64,000 nt of DNA from an uncultured Acidobacteriota bacterium (GTDB lineage Bacteria > Acidobacteriota > UBA6911): assembly GCA_963843575.1 (NCBI GenBank), contig CAWJKZ010000024.1, positions 181,313 through 245,312 of the forward strand. Direction: 5' to 3'. The stretch's first letter is position 1. Every line of letters begins with the position of its first letter. The notes beneath the pieces were generated by a model. It had not been told where the DNA came from and ran no database searches. It saw only the letters and a list, made by a program, of their open reading frames with translations. The position numbers and the translations under genes were made by a program. Positions 23,252 to 30,970 of this stretch are shown here, in pieces.

Positions 23252-23848
23252 ATGGCTCTGTTCAAATCCAAAGAAGAGCGGCGCATCGAAAGGAACATCC
23301 AGATCCGCAAGGCCGTGACCCAGATCCGCCGCCAGATCGCCTCCAACGGCAAACACGAGAGCGATTACATCGCCAAGGCGAAGAGAGCCCGGAAAATGGG
23401 CTGGGACAACCAGTACGAGTTCCTCAAGAAGGCGATCAAGAAGACCGCCACGATCAAGGTCCGGCTCGAGCGGCAGCTGCTGGCGCTGGAATCCGCCGTG
23501 CAGATCAAGGAGCAGGCCGAAGGGCACCACGAGTTCGCGAGCGCGATGAACGCGCTGTCGAAGTCGATCGCCGAGGTGTTCGGCGCCACCGACATGGCCA
23601 AGACCCAGGTCAATTTCGAGAAGGCGATGTCGCAGGCCGAGAGCCTGGAAGAGCGGATGGACACGTTCCTCGAGATGACGTCCGAGTCGATGTTCGACTA
23701 CGAGGGGAGTTCCGAGCGCGAGCTCGTCAGCGACGGCGACATCGACAAGATGCTCGAGGAGGAAGTGCAGCACGAGGAACGCGAAGGGATAGACGAAGAA
23801 ATCGACAAGGACATTTCGGCCATCCAGAAGGAAATCGAGAAAAAATAA
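23252..23848 (+). CDS. ESCRT-III (Snf7/CHMP)-like protein 1
   Basis: Intact 198 aa and all alpha-helical. Basic N-terminal helices (KAKRARKMGWDNQYEFLKKAIKKTATIKVRLERQLLALESAVQ) are followed by an acidic C-terminal tail ending DEEIDKDISAIQKEIEKK, which is MIM1-like. Length and charge polarity match Snf7-family proteins. Followed by MIT-AAA gene. Confidence 0.65.
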   Translation: MALFKSKEERRIERNIQIRKAVTQIRRQIASNGKHESDYIAKAKRARKMGWDNQYEFLKKAIKKTATIKVRLERQLLALESAVQIKEQAEGHHEFASAMNALSKSIAEVFGATDMAKTQVNFEKAMSQAESLEERMDTFLEMTSESMFDYEGSSERELVSDGDIDKMLEEEVQHEEREGIDEEIDKDISAIQKEIEKK

Positions 23849-23850
23849 TG

Positions 23851-23887
23851 TGGAGTGCGCGCCTCGGCGCCTCGACGCCGCACTCCA
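23851..23887. repeat. Short REP-like hairpin (TGGAGTGCGCGCC...GACGCCGCACTCCA) between ESCRT-III-1 and Vps4-like-1
   Basis: Shares the arm motif GGAGTGCG / CGCACTCC with the other copies and sits in the 43-nt intergenic gap. Confidence 0.6.
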
Positions 23888-23891
23888 GAAG

Positions 23892-24998
23892 ATGAATACG
23901 ATGCAGTTCTTCCTTGATCAGTACGAGAAGAACAAGGACCAGGGGCTCGACTATCTCAAGGTCGGGGACTACGAGCAGGCAGGTTACCACCTGCTCCTCG
24001 CGGCGAAGTACCTGCTGACCGCGGCGCAGCGGTCGGAGCCGGGGCTCAAGAAAGTGAGACACGCGAAGGCGTTGAAGCTGCGCGAGCTCGCGCTCTCGGC
24101 GAAGGGTCGGACTCCCCCCAGGAAGGCTGCGGGGGCCAGGGACCAGGACGGCGATCTGACGCCCGAGAGCAAGTGGATTGTCTCCGAGAAGCCGAACGTC
24201 CGGTTCGACCAGGTCGCCGGCCTCGCGGACGTCAAGGAAGCGATCAACCTGCGCGTCATCCTGCCGTTTCGCAATCCCGACGCCGCGAAGCGCTTCAGGA
24301 AGAAGGCGGGGGGCGGCATCCTCCTGTACGGACCGCCGGGCACCGGCAAGACGATGATCGGCAAAGCGGTCGCGACCGAGCTCGACGCGCAGTTCCTCAA
24401 CGTCAAGAGCTCGAACATCATGTCGCCGTGGGTCGGGGTGGCCGAGCAGAACCTCGCGCGGCTGTTCGAGGTGGCGCGCCGGTATCCCATCTCGGTGATT
24501 TTCCTGGATGAGACCGAGGCCCTGGTCGGGAAGCGCGGCAGCCAGTCGACCGTGATGAACCGCGTAGTCCCGGAGTTCCTCTCGCAGGTCGACGGACTCG
24601 ACCCGAAGGTGAACTGCATCCTGCTGATGGGGGCCACGAACCGGCCGTGGGACATGGACGAGGCGGCCCTGCGCACCGGGCGCTTCGGCGAGATGATCTA
24701 CGTGGGTCTCCCCGATGCCGCGGCCCGCGAACAGATACTCCATTTCCACCTGGACGGCATCCCGATGGCGTCCGACATCGACCTCCCTGCCCTGGCGGCG
24801 AGGCTGGACGGCTTCAGCGGAGCGGACATCGCGGGTGTCTGCATCAAAGCGACCGATTTCCCCTTTCAGCGGCAGATCCGCTCGGGGGCCGACACGATTC
24901 TGACCAAGGAGGACCTGGACCGGGCCGCTGCGGAAGTCGTCCCGTCGGTGACCCAGGCCATGCTGGAGCGCTATCGCAAGTTCGCGGAGGCGAGGTAA
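23892..24998 (+). CDS. Vps4-like AAA+ ATPase 1: N-terminal MIT domain plus a meiotic-clade AAA domain plus a Vps4_C-like helix
   Basis: Intact. MIT-like three-helix N-terminus (MQFFLDQYEKNKDQGLDYLKVGDYEQAGYHLLLAAKYLLTAAQ...KVRHAKALKLRELA). SEKPNVRFDQVAGLADVKEAINLRVILPF...GGGILLYGPPGTGKTMIGKAVATE closely parallels eukaryotic Vps4 (PNVKWSDVAGL...ILP...[22 protein letters not shown]). Pore loop SPWVGVAEQ, Walker B VIFLDE, and C-terminal SVTQAMLERYRKFAE. Confidence 0.8.
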   Translation: MNTMQFFLDQYEKNKDQGLDYLKVGDYEQAGYHLLLAAKYLLTAAQRSEPGLKKVRHAKALKLRELALSAKGRTPPRKAAGARDQDGDLTPESKWIVSEKPNVRFDQVAGLADVKEAINLRVILPFRNPDAAKRFRKKAGGGILLYGPPGTGKTMIGKAVATELDAQFLNVKSSNIMSPWVGVAEQNLARLFEVARRYPISVIFLDETEALVGKRGSQSTVMNRVVPEFLSQVDGLDPKVNCILLMGATNRPWDMDEAALRTGRFGEMIYVGLPDAAAREQILHFHLDGIPMASDIDLPALAARLDGFSGADIAGVCIKATDFPFQRQIRSGADTILTKEDLDRAAAEVVPSVTQAMLERYRKFAEAR

Positions 24999-25022
24999 CG
25001 CCGCCCGCTTTGGAGTCGACCG

Positions 25023-25718
25023 ATGAGTGACCCCGTAAGCCACAGCCTCCCTGCCGCGCCGCGCTGGGGCGAACTCTTCCTCGAGCGGTTCGACCTGAAC
25101 GTGCGCGCCTGCGGCGCCGTCGTGCACCCGGCCGACGGGACCGTGCTCAAGGTCAATCCGAAGATGCTGGGGCAAACTTTCCGCCGGGACTTCGGCGAAG
25201 TGGTGCTCTTCTCGCTCTCCGCCGGCCTCATCGCCAGATCCCGCCTGCACCTGGCCGCCATCCGGCTGAACGACGGCGTCCCCGAGCCGGAACTCCTGCG
25301 CCGCGTGGGCGGTCCCGACGGACTCGATTTCGTGGGCGATCATTTTTACTCCGTCGGGTTGTTCGCGCCCGGCGGCTGGCCCGAAGAGTGGAAGGCACAG
25401 GCGGCGCTGCGCGGCAACGCGCTGTTCTACCTGGTCGAGAAGGGGGACGGAACCGGCTGGGGCGTGTTCGGCCCGGAAAACCCTCTCCTGCGGCTGTTCG
25501 ACCCCGAGACGACCATCGAGAAGGCGGCCCGGGCGGCGCAGGCCCTCGCGGGGCACCCACGGCTCGTGATGCCGGGGGACCAGGTCGAAGCCGGCGCGTT
25601 CGCCGCGGAACTGCGCCTGGACGCGGAGGCCCTGGAGAAAGCGCTGGCAGCTTCGCAGGGGCGCTTCCACAAGATGGAGTACAAGGGCAAGACCTACATA
25701 CAGCGGTCAATCCGGTAG
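25023..25718 (+). CDS. Hypothetical protein (231 aa) embedded in the ESCRT-like cluster
   Basis: Intact ORF with an RBS-like sequence upstream. No recognisable domain. Confidence 0.4.
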   Translation: MSDPVSHSLPAAPRWGELFLERFDLNVRACGAVVHPADGTVLKVNPKMLGQTFRRDFGEVVLFSLSAGLIARSRLHLAAIRLNDGVPEPELLRRVGGPDGLDFVGDHFYSVGLFAPGGWPEEWKAQAALRGNALFYLVEKGDGTGWGVFGPENPLLRLFDPETTIEKAARAAQALAGHPRLVMPGDQVEAGAFAAELRLDAEALEKALAASQGRFHKMEYKGKTYIQRSIR

Positions 25719-25726
25719 GAGGAATC

Positions 25727-26338
25727 ATGTCCGTGATGGAGAAACTCAGAGCGCTGTTCCAGAGCGAGAGTCTGCCGGACGAGACGCGCCAGCTTTACAG
25801 CAGGGCGTCCACGCCGCACGAACTCATCAAGGAGCTGGAGGGGTTGCGGGGCCGCAACGAGGTCGACCTGCGCGAGAACGAGCAGGAGCTGATCGGGCTC
25901 GAGAAGGCGGTCCTGCTGGAGGAGGACGCCGTGCGCCGGGGAGGGATGACCCCGACCGAAGAGACGATCGTGCTGCGCCGGATCGAACGGCTGCAAAAGC
26001 AGCGGGAGAACCTCGACCGGCAGGTCTCGATCTACAACGAAAACGTCAACCTGCACCTCAACCTCATCGCCAGAATCCAGGAGATGGAGGCGATGCGCTC
26101 CCGCGGGGTCGCCGAGGACCAGATCGACCGGCTCGTCGAGGATGTCGAGGGGCACGTCGAAGAGTACAAACGGGTGAGCATTGCGGCCGAAGGGGGCTCG
26201 ACCATGGGTTCGGCCATCGACCACTCGGCCGAGCGCCGCCGCCTGGACGAGATCAAGAACCGCATCCTGGCCAGGGACAGGGAACGTCCACGCGCCGCGG
26301 ACGAGGAACCCGTCGAACCCCCCAAAGACCTGGAGTGA
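25727..26338 (+). CDS. ESCRT-III (Snf7/CHMP)-like protein 2
   Basis: RBS TAGGAGG precedes the ATG at 25727. 203 aa, helical. Core ENEQELIGLEKAVLLEEDAVRRGGMTPTEETIVLRRIERLQKQRENLDRQVSIYNENVNLHLNLIARIQEME. The C-terminal RLDEIKNRILARD resembles the Vps2-type MIM1 (D/E-L-x-x-R-L-x-x-L-R-R-D). Confidence 0.65.
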   Translation: MSVMEKLRALFQSESLPDETRQLYSRASTPHELIKELEGLRGRNEVDLRENEQELIGLEKAVLLEEDAVRRGGMTPTEETIVLRRIERLQKQRENLDRQVSIYNENVNLHLNLIARIQEMEAMRSRGVAEDQIDRLVEDVEGHVEEYKRVSIAAEGGSTMGSAIDHSAERRRLDEIKNRILARDRERPRAADEEPVEPPKDLE

Positions 26339-26374
26339 TCCCAGCTATCACGATTCATCAAAGGAGATCGAATC

Positions 26375-26995
26375 ATGAACCTGATCGAAAAGCTGTTCAG
26401 CAAATCGCCCACCGCGGCGGACCTCCGGGTCCAGCTCAAGGAGATCGAAAGGGACCAGAAGAAGAAGCGGCGCGACCTCGACATCGTCGAGCGCAACAAG
26501 CAGCAGAAGGTCAAGGAAGCCGTCGCCGCAAAGAAGAATGGCAAACAGGAGGTGCTCCGGGACATCTTCCGGGAGATGCGGCAGATGGAGATCGAGAACG
26601 GCTATGCAAACGCCGACCTGCGCCGCCTGTCGCTGGCCAAGACCGCGCTGACGTCCTTCCTGCGCAAGATGGAGATGCTCGAGCGGAAGAAGGACCGGAA
26701 GAGCCTGCAGAACCTGATCGTGCGGTTCAAAGACAGCTCGATCCAGAAGGCGATCGACACGGCGGAAGTCGACGACGACACCTTCAACGACATGCTGGAA
26801 GAGATCCTCGGCGAAGAGGAGTTGTCGGTCACGCAGGGGAGGGTGAAAGAAGATACCGGGTTTGCCGACTTCGACCGGGCGATCGGCGAGATGGCGAAGG
26901 CCGAGGAGGCCGGTTCGGACGAAGAGGATCTCAACAAGTTCCAGGAAGAGATCGACAAGGCCGTCCGGGCGGAAAAAGTGCGGGACGAGGCGTAG
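26375..26995 (+). CDS. ESCRT-III (Snf7/CHMP2-like) protein 3
   Basis: 206 aa. N-terminal half LRVQLKEIERDQKKKRRDLDIVERNKQQKVKEAVAAKKNGKQEVLRDIFREMRQME parallels the CHMP2 helix-1/2 pattern (...AAKKGQKD...). Acidic C-terminus DDDTFNDMLEEILGEEEL...EEDLNKFQEEIDKAVRAEK. Confidence 0.7.
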   Translation: MNLIEKLFSKSPTAADLRVQLKEIERDQKKKRRDLDIVERNKQQKVKEAVAAKKNGKQEVLRDIFREMRQMEIENGYANADLRRLSLAKTALTSFLRKMEMLERKKDRKSLQNLIVRFKDSSIQKAIDTAEVDDDTFNDMLEEILGEEELSVTQGRVKEDTGFADFDRAIGEMAKAEEAGSDEEDLNKFQEEIDKAVRAEKVRDEA

Positions 26996-27019
26996 CAGGG
27001 GTTCTGGAGGCCTGATCAC

Positions 27020-28240
27020 ATGGACGTCGACCTGAGCGGGCCGCTGAAAGTGTCGCTGGACAAGACACTGGCCGAGGCGCGGGAGCTCGAAGGGCAGAAC
27101 AAGGGCCAGGAGGCGGCCGTCGCCTACCTGAAGGCGTCGAAGCTGATGAAGAGCTACGCCGACTACGCGCTCACCCGCGACGACCAGGTGCGGAGGCGCC
27201 AGAAGGCGCGGCAGTACCTGGAGTGGGCCGAGGCGCTCAAGGCCGGCAAGCGGCGGGTGGCCGCAGCCGCCGCGCCCGTGCGGGCTGCACCGGTTGCCGG
27301 CGGCGTCAAGGAGGCCGCCGCCGGGGACGAGGAACAGTACTCGCGCGACATCGCGTCGCTGATCCACCGCAGCAAGGTGACGTGGGACAAGATCGGCGGG
27401 CTCGAGGAGACCAAGCGTGAGATCAAGTTCACGTACGGGCTCGCGCTGGCCCGGAAACCGGAAGGGATGAAGCTCGCGGGGTGGCGCCGCATGCTCTTCT
27501 ACGGGCCGCCCGGGACCGGCAAGACGTTGCTGGCGGCGGCTACCAGCAACGGGCTGGGCGCGACCTTCTTCAACGTCAAGGCGAGCAACCTCCTGTCGAA
27601 GTACTTCGGCGAGTCCTCGAAGCTGATCACGGAGCTGTTCGACGCCGCCCGGAGCGAGGCCGACGAAGGCTTCGCCGTCATTTTCATCGACGAGGTCGAG
27701 TCGCTCTGCCTGCCGCGCGGCGACGGCTCGGAGAGCGGCGCCGAGAGGCGCGTCCTGTCGACGATCCTGTCGGAGCTCGACGGGCTGGCGGACAAGGGTG
27801 AGGACCGGTTCGTCCTGACCATCGCGGCGACCAACGCGCCGTGGGACCTCGACGACGCGGTGCTCAGCCGCTTTCAGAAGAGAATTTACATCCCGCTGCC
27901 CGACGCCGAAGCGCGCAAGTCGATACTCGAGATCCTGCTGCTCAAGGCGGGCCACACGCTGGACTACCCGCTCGGGGAGGTCATCGAGCACTCGGAGTGG
28001 TTCAGCGGGCGCGACCTGGAACGGCTGGCGAACCAGGCGGTCAACGTCATGGTCGAGGAACTCAACAGCCAGATTCCGCGCTGCGTCGACGCCGGGCGGG
28101 AGTCGATCGAGGGCTACCAGCTCAAGGTGCGCCCGCTCGGCAAGAGCGATTTCGACGAGGCGTTCCGGCGCATACGGGTGGACGTGGACCGGCTGAAAAA
28201 GCTGGAGACGCGCTTTCGCGAGTTCGCAGAGAGCAATTGA
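27020..28240 (+). CDS. Vps4-like AAA+ ATPase 2 (MIT-like N-terminus plus meiotic-clade AAA)
   Basis: Intact 406 aa. MIT-like helices (AVAYLKASKLMKSYADYALTRDDQVRRRQKARQYLEWAEALK). Walker A FYGPPGTGKTLLAAA, pore loop LSKYFGESSKL, Walker B VIFIDEVESL, and a C-terminal helix LKKLETRFREFAE of Vps4_C type. Confidence 0.75.
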   Translation: MDVDLSGPLKVSLDKTLAEARELEGQNKGQEAAVAYLKASKLMKSYADYALTRDDQVRRRQKARQYLEWAEALKAGKRRVAAAAAPVRAAPVAGGVKEAAAGDEEQYSRDIASLIHRSKVTWDKIGGLEETKREIKFTYGLALARKPEGMKLAGWRRMLFYGPPGTGKTLLAAATSNGLGATFFNVKASNLLSKYFGESSKLITELFDAARSEADEGFAVIFIDEVESLCLPRGDGSESGAERRVLSTILSELDGLADKGEDRFVLTIAATNAPWDLDDAVLSRFQKRIYIPLPDAEARKSILEILLLKAGHTLDYPLGEVIEHSEWFSGRDLERLANQAVNVMVEELNSQIPRCVDAGRESIEGYQLKVRPLGKSDFDEAFRRIRVDVDRLKKLETRFREFAESN

Positions 28241-28258
28241 GGACTTCCGGGGAATCCG

Positions 28259-29230
28259 ATGGCGGTTTGCGGTCAGTGTAAACAGGACGGCGGGGAAAAG
28301 AAGTTCTGCACCAACTGCGGCGCGCCCATGGTTGAGCCGGCCGCGCCCGCTCAGAAAGCGCAGGCGTCCGGGGTGCGGCTTGGGGACATCGGGTTCGTGA
28401 AGGGGAACATCACCGACTCGAGCACGGTCACGACGACCACCACCAACGTCGGGCAGATCAACATCGGGATGCCTGCCGGCACGTCCCCCGCGGCCCCGTG
28501 TTGCCCCATCTGCGGCGAGTACCCGGAGCTGCGCGAGAGCTTCCGCTGCATGGCGTGCGGGCGCGACTACATCTGCAAGAGGCACCGCCACCCCGAGCAA
28601 AGGATCTGCACCGCGTGCGTCCGCCGGCGCGAGATGGTGTGGGTGCCGCCGGGCGGATCGTTCGACGGGTTCTGGATGGACCGTGCGAAGGTGACCTGCG
28701 AGGCCTACCGGCGATTCCTGGTGGCCAATCCCGGCTGGCAGAAAGGGAGCGTCGATGGGAAGCGCCACGACGGCTACTATCTCAGGGATTGGAACGGGAA
28801 CGACTACCCGGCCGGGAAGGGCGGCCAGCCGGTGGTCTACGTCAGCTGGTACGCGGCCCGCGCCTGCGCGGAGTGGTCCGGGAAGCGGCTCCCGACCGAG
28901 GCCGAGTGGGAGTACGGCTGCCGCGCGGGAACGAACACGGCCTACTGGTGGGGGGACGAGTTCGCCCTGGGGCGGGCCGCCGAAGCCAACCCTTGGGGAC
29001 TGCGCGGCATGTCGGGGTGCCTGTGGGAGTGGACGTCATCGCCCTTCAGCGACGACCCCGCGGATGCGGGGCCGCGCAGCTGCCGCGGCGGCTCGAAATG
29101 GGGGGATGCGGCCGAAGCCCGCTCCTCCGCGCGCAGCGGCCGCGCCCCGAGAGGCTGCAGCGTGATGGTCGGTTTCCGGTGCGTCGAGAGCGGAGACTGT
29201 CCAACGACGAAGCCACTCGACCAGATGTGA
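28259..29230 (+). CDS. Zinc-ribbon protein with a C-terminal FGE-sulfatase (SUMF1/EgtB/PvdO-type) domain
   Basis: N-terminal CGQC...CTNCGAP ribbon plus a second Cys cluster. The C-terminus carries FGE-sulfatase hallmarks (VYVSWYAARACAEWSGKRLPTEAEWEYGCRAG...RGGSKW). Confidence 0.65.
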   Translation: MAVCGQCKQDGGEKKFCTNCGAPMVEPAAPAQKAQASGVRLGDIGFVKGNITDSSTVTTTTTNVGQINIGMPAGTSPAAPCCPICGEYPELRESFRCMACGRDYICKRHRHPEQRICTACVRRREMVWVPPGGSFDGFWMDRAKVTCEAYRRFLVANPGWQKGSVDGKRHDGYYLRDWNGNDYPAGKGGQPVVYVSWYAARACAEWSGKRLPTEAEWEYGCRAGTNTAYWWGDEFALGRAAEANPWGLRGMSGCLWEWTSSPFSDDPADAGPRSCRGGSKWGDAAEARSSARSGRAPRGCSVMVGFRCVESGDCPTTKPLDQM

Positions 29231-29233
29231 TTC

Positions 29234-29327
29234 AAGTGGGTCTGGGCTTCAGCCCGGACGTCTTTTGATCTGAGCTATACAGCTAAGCATGCGCTGTATA
29301 GCGACCGACGAACCAGCGTCCCACTTG
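29234..29327. mobile_element. MITE-like element copy: 27-bp arm AAGTGGGTCTGGGCTTCAGCCCGGACG, an internal palindrome GCTATACAGC...GCTGTATAGC, and a degenerate right arm
   Basis: Same arm as the copies at 46132, 53298, 55168 and 58699. Starts 3 nt after the stop of the FGE-domain gene. Confidence 0.65.
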
Positions 29328-29360
29328 AGGACTTTCGCTTGAGGCACTGAGGTTTGCTAG

Positions 29361-30869
29361 ATGATGATGGATGCCGCGGACCAATTGAAGGAGCTGCTTC
29401 TCAAACTCAAGCAGAACCTCCCGCTCACGATCGCGACCACGATCGTAATGAGCATCCTCGTCATATCATGGAAAAAACTCCTTCATTTTGCGAAACGCAG
29501 ACTCGGTTTCGAAGAGCCTCCCAAGGAAGTCCTGAAACCCTCGCTCCCTGAAGGCGATTTTGCCCGTCTGTCGACGCTCGACAAGTTCCGTTCCGGCTTC
29601 TCGGTGCCCTTCGGCTGGCGCGGCGCCGTCGTCGACGCCGGCGTGGTTCAGCGTGAGCTCGGCCCCGGCCGCTACCGCCGGCGCGCCGTCGCGAAGATAA
29701 TCGCCTCCCTGCGGCTCGGCGAAAACGCGCACGTCGTCTTCTGGCGGGACCAGGAGTTCCCCGTAGTGCTCTATCTCCGTGATCTCTTCGCCTCCGACCA
29801 CCAGCCCATGCAGCTCGAGATCCGGAGCACGGCCCGGGTGCGGCCCGATCGTCTGACGCACTCCTCCCCGGAGGAGATCAACCGCGACCCGGCCTGCTGG
29901 GCGGAGGATCTCTCGGCCGGCATCGCGGTTGCCGCCCGCCAGTGGGTGGCCGGTATGGCGGCAGAGGCGCCGTATCACAACGCGGCCAAGCTCTCCGAGT
30001 GGTGCGACGTGGCTGCCGGCTGGATCCGGTCCGCCCTCGAGCGCTCGACTTTCGAACTGGTGCGAGTTACCGGGTTCCGGTTGTTCAGCCCGGTGCTCGA
30101 CAAGGTCTTCGCCGAATACGGCGAGGCGGCGCTGGAGCACGAGGCCGCGCGCCGCGAGGTGGAGCGCAACAAGGTGCGCGGGGCGCTGCGCCAGGCCGTG
30201 CTCGCCGGCCAACTGGAGGAGGTCCGGGACCAGAGCGAGCACGAACAGGCGGTGCGCGCCATCGAGCAGGAAAAAGAGCTCCGCGAGAAAGCCCTGCGGC
30301 AGGAACTGGCGCAGGCCGAACTCACGGAACTGGAAGACAAACTGAGACTCTGGAAGAAGAAGCAGGACCTGTTGCTCCAGACGCTCGACCTGTCGGGGCA
30401 GGACTCCGCCCGGCAGTTTGATGCCCCCGACTCGCCGTTCTCCGCCCACGAGCGCGAACAGATCCGGGCAGTGCTGCAGAGTCAAAGGGCGATGTCGACG
30501 CAACCCGAGGAAGTGCTCCCGCTGCTCGCCCGCAGCACAGAGATCCAGTGGGCCGCGTTCGACCCGCTTGCCCGGATCCGCGGCCCGCACACGCTGCGCG
30601 TCGGCGAGGGGTGGCGGTTCTTCGACGGGGTGAGCCTGTGGAGAATCGTGCTGACCCGCATCGACACGCGTCGTAACGGGTTCTTGTGGCAGCGGGAGAC
30701 GCCGTCGCGCGCGTATTTCGAAGTGCGCGGCACGCCCGACGGCCGGCGCTACGAGCAGGTTGTCGAACTGAACAAACACTTCCGGCTGAGCGCCGGCCCC
30801 CACGAGATGAGTGTCGACTTCATCGGCGGCAGCGCGAGCCGGATTTCACTCCAGGTAGGCCAGGCCTGA
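29361..30869 (+). CDS. Membrane-anchored SPFH/band-7-like protein with a long coiled coil
   Basis: Intact 502 aa. TM helix LPLTIATTIVMSILVIS is followed by an SPFH-like segment (AVVDAGVVQRELGPGRYRR...HVVFWRDQEFPVVLYLRDLFASDHQPMQLEIRSTARV) and a coiled coil of about 120 aa. Confidence 0.45.
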   Translation: MMMDAADQLKELLLKLKQNLPLTIATTIVMSILVISWKKLLHFAKRRLGFEEPPKEVLKPSLPEGDFARLSTLDKFRSGFSVPFGWRGAVVDAGVVQRELGPGRYRRRAVAKIIASLRLGENAHVVFWRDQEFPVVLYLRDLFASDHQPMQLEIRSTARVRPDRLTHSSPEEINRDPACWAEDLSAGIAVAARQWVAGMAAEAPYHNAAKLSEWCDVAAGWIRSALERSTFELVRVTGFRLFSPVLDKVFAEYGEAALEHEAARREVERNKVRGALRQAVLAGQLEEVRDQSEHEQAVRAIEQEKELREKALRQELAQAELTELEDKLRLWKKKQDLLLQTLDLSGQDSARQFDAPDSPFSAHEREQIRAVLQSQRAMSTQPEEVLPLLARSTEIQWAAFDPLARIRGPHTLRVGEGWRFFDGVSLWRIVLTRIDTRRNGFLWQRETPSRAYFEVRGTPDGRRYEQVVELNKHFRLSAGPHEMSVDFIGGSASRISLQVGQA

Positions 30870-30970
30870 CGGATTTTTGAAAATTCGAGATTCTTCGAGT
30901 CTTGGAGCCTTCGAGGTGGGATTGGAATCCCCCTCGACGACCATTTCACCAGACGCATCGGAGGCACGCC

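Noticed and set aside
23252-26995. Interpretation of the three helical roughly 200-aa proteins as PspA/IM30/Vipp1 (phage-shock) proteins
   Set aside because: No pspB/pspC or pspF nearby, and the N-termini lack the PspA amphipathic MGIFSR-type helix. Each gene set is followed by a MIT-domain AAA ATPase with a Vps4-type pore loop and C-terminal helix. The pattern fits Snf7/CHMP better, though PspA is itself an ESCRT-III relative and HMM comparison is needed.
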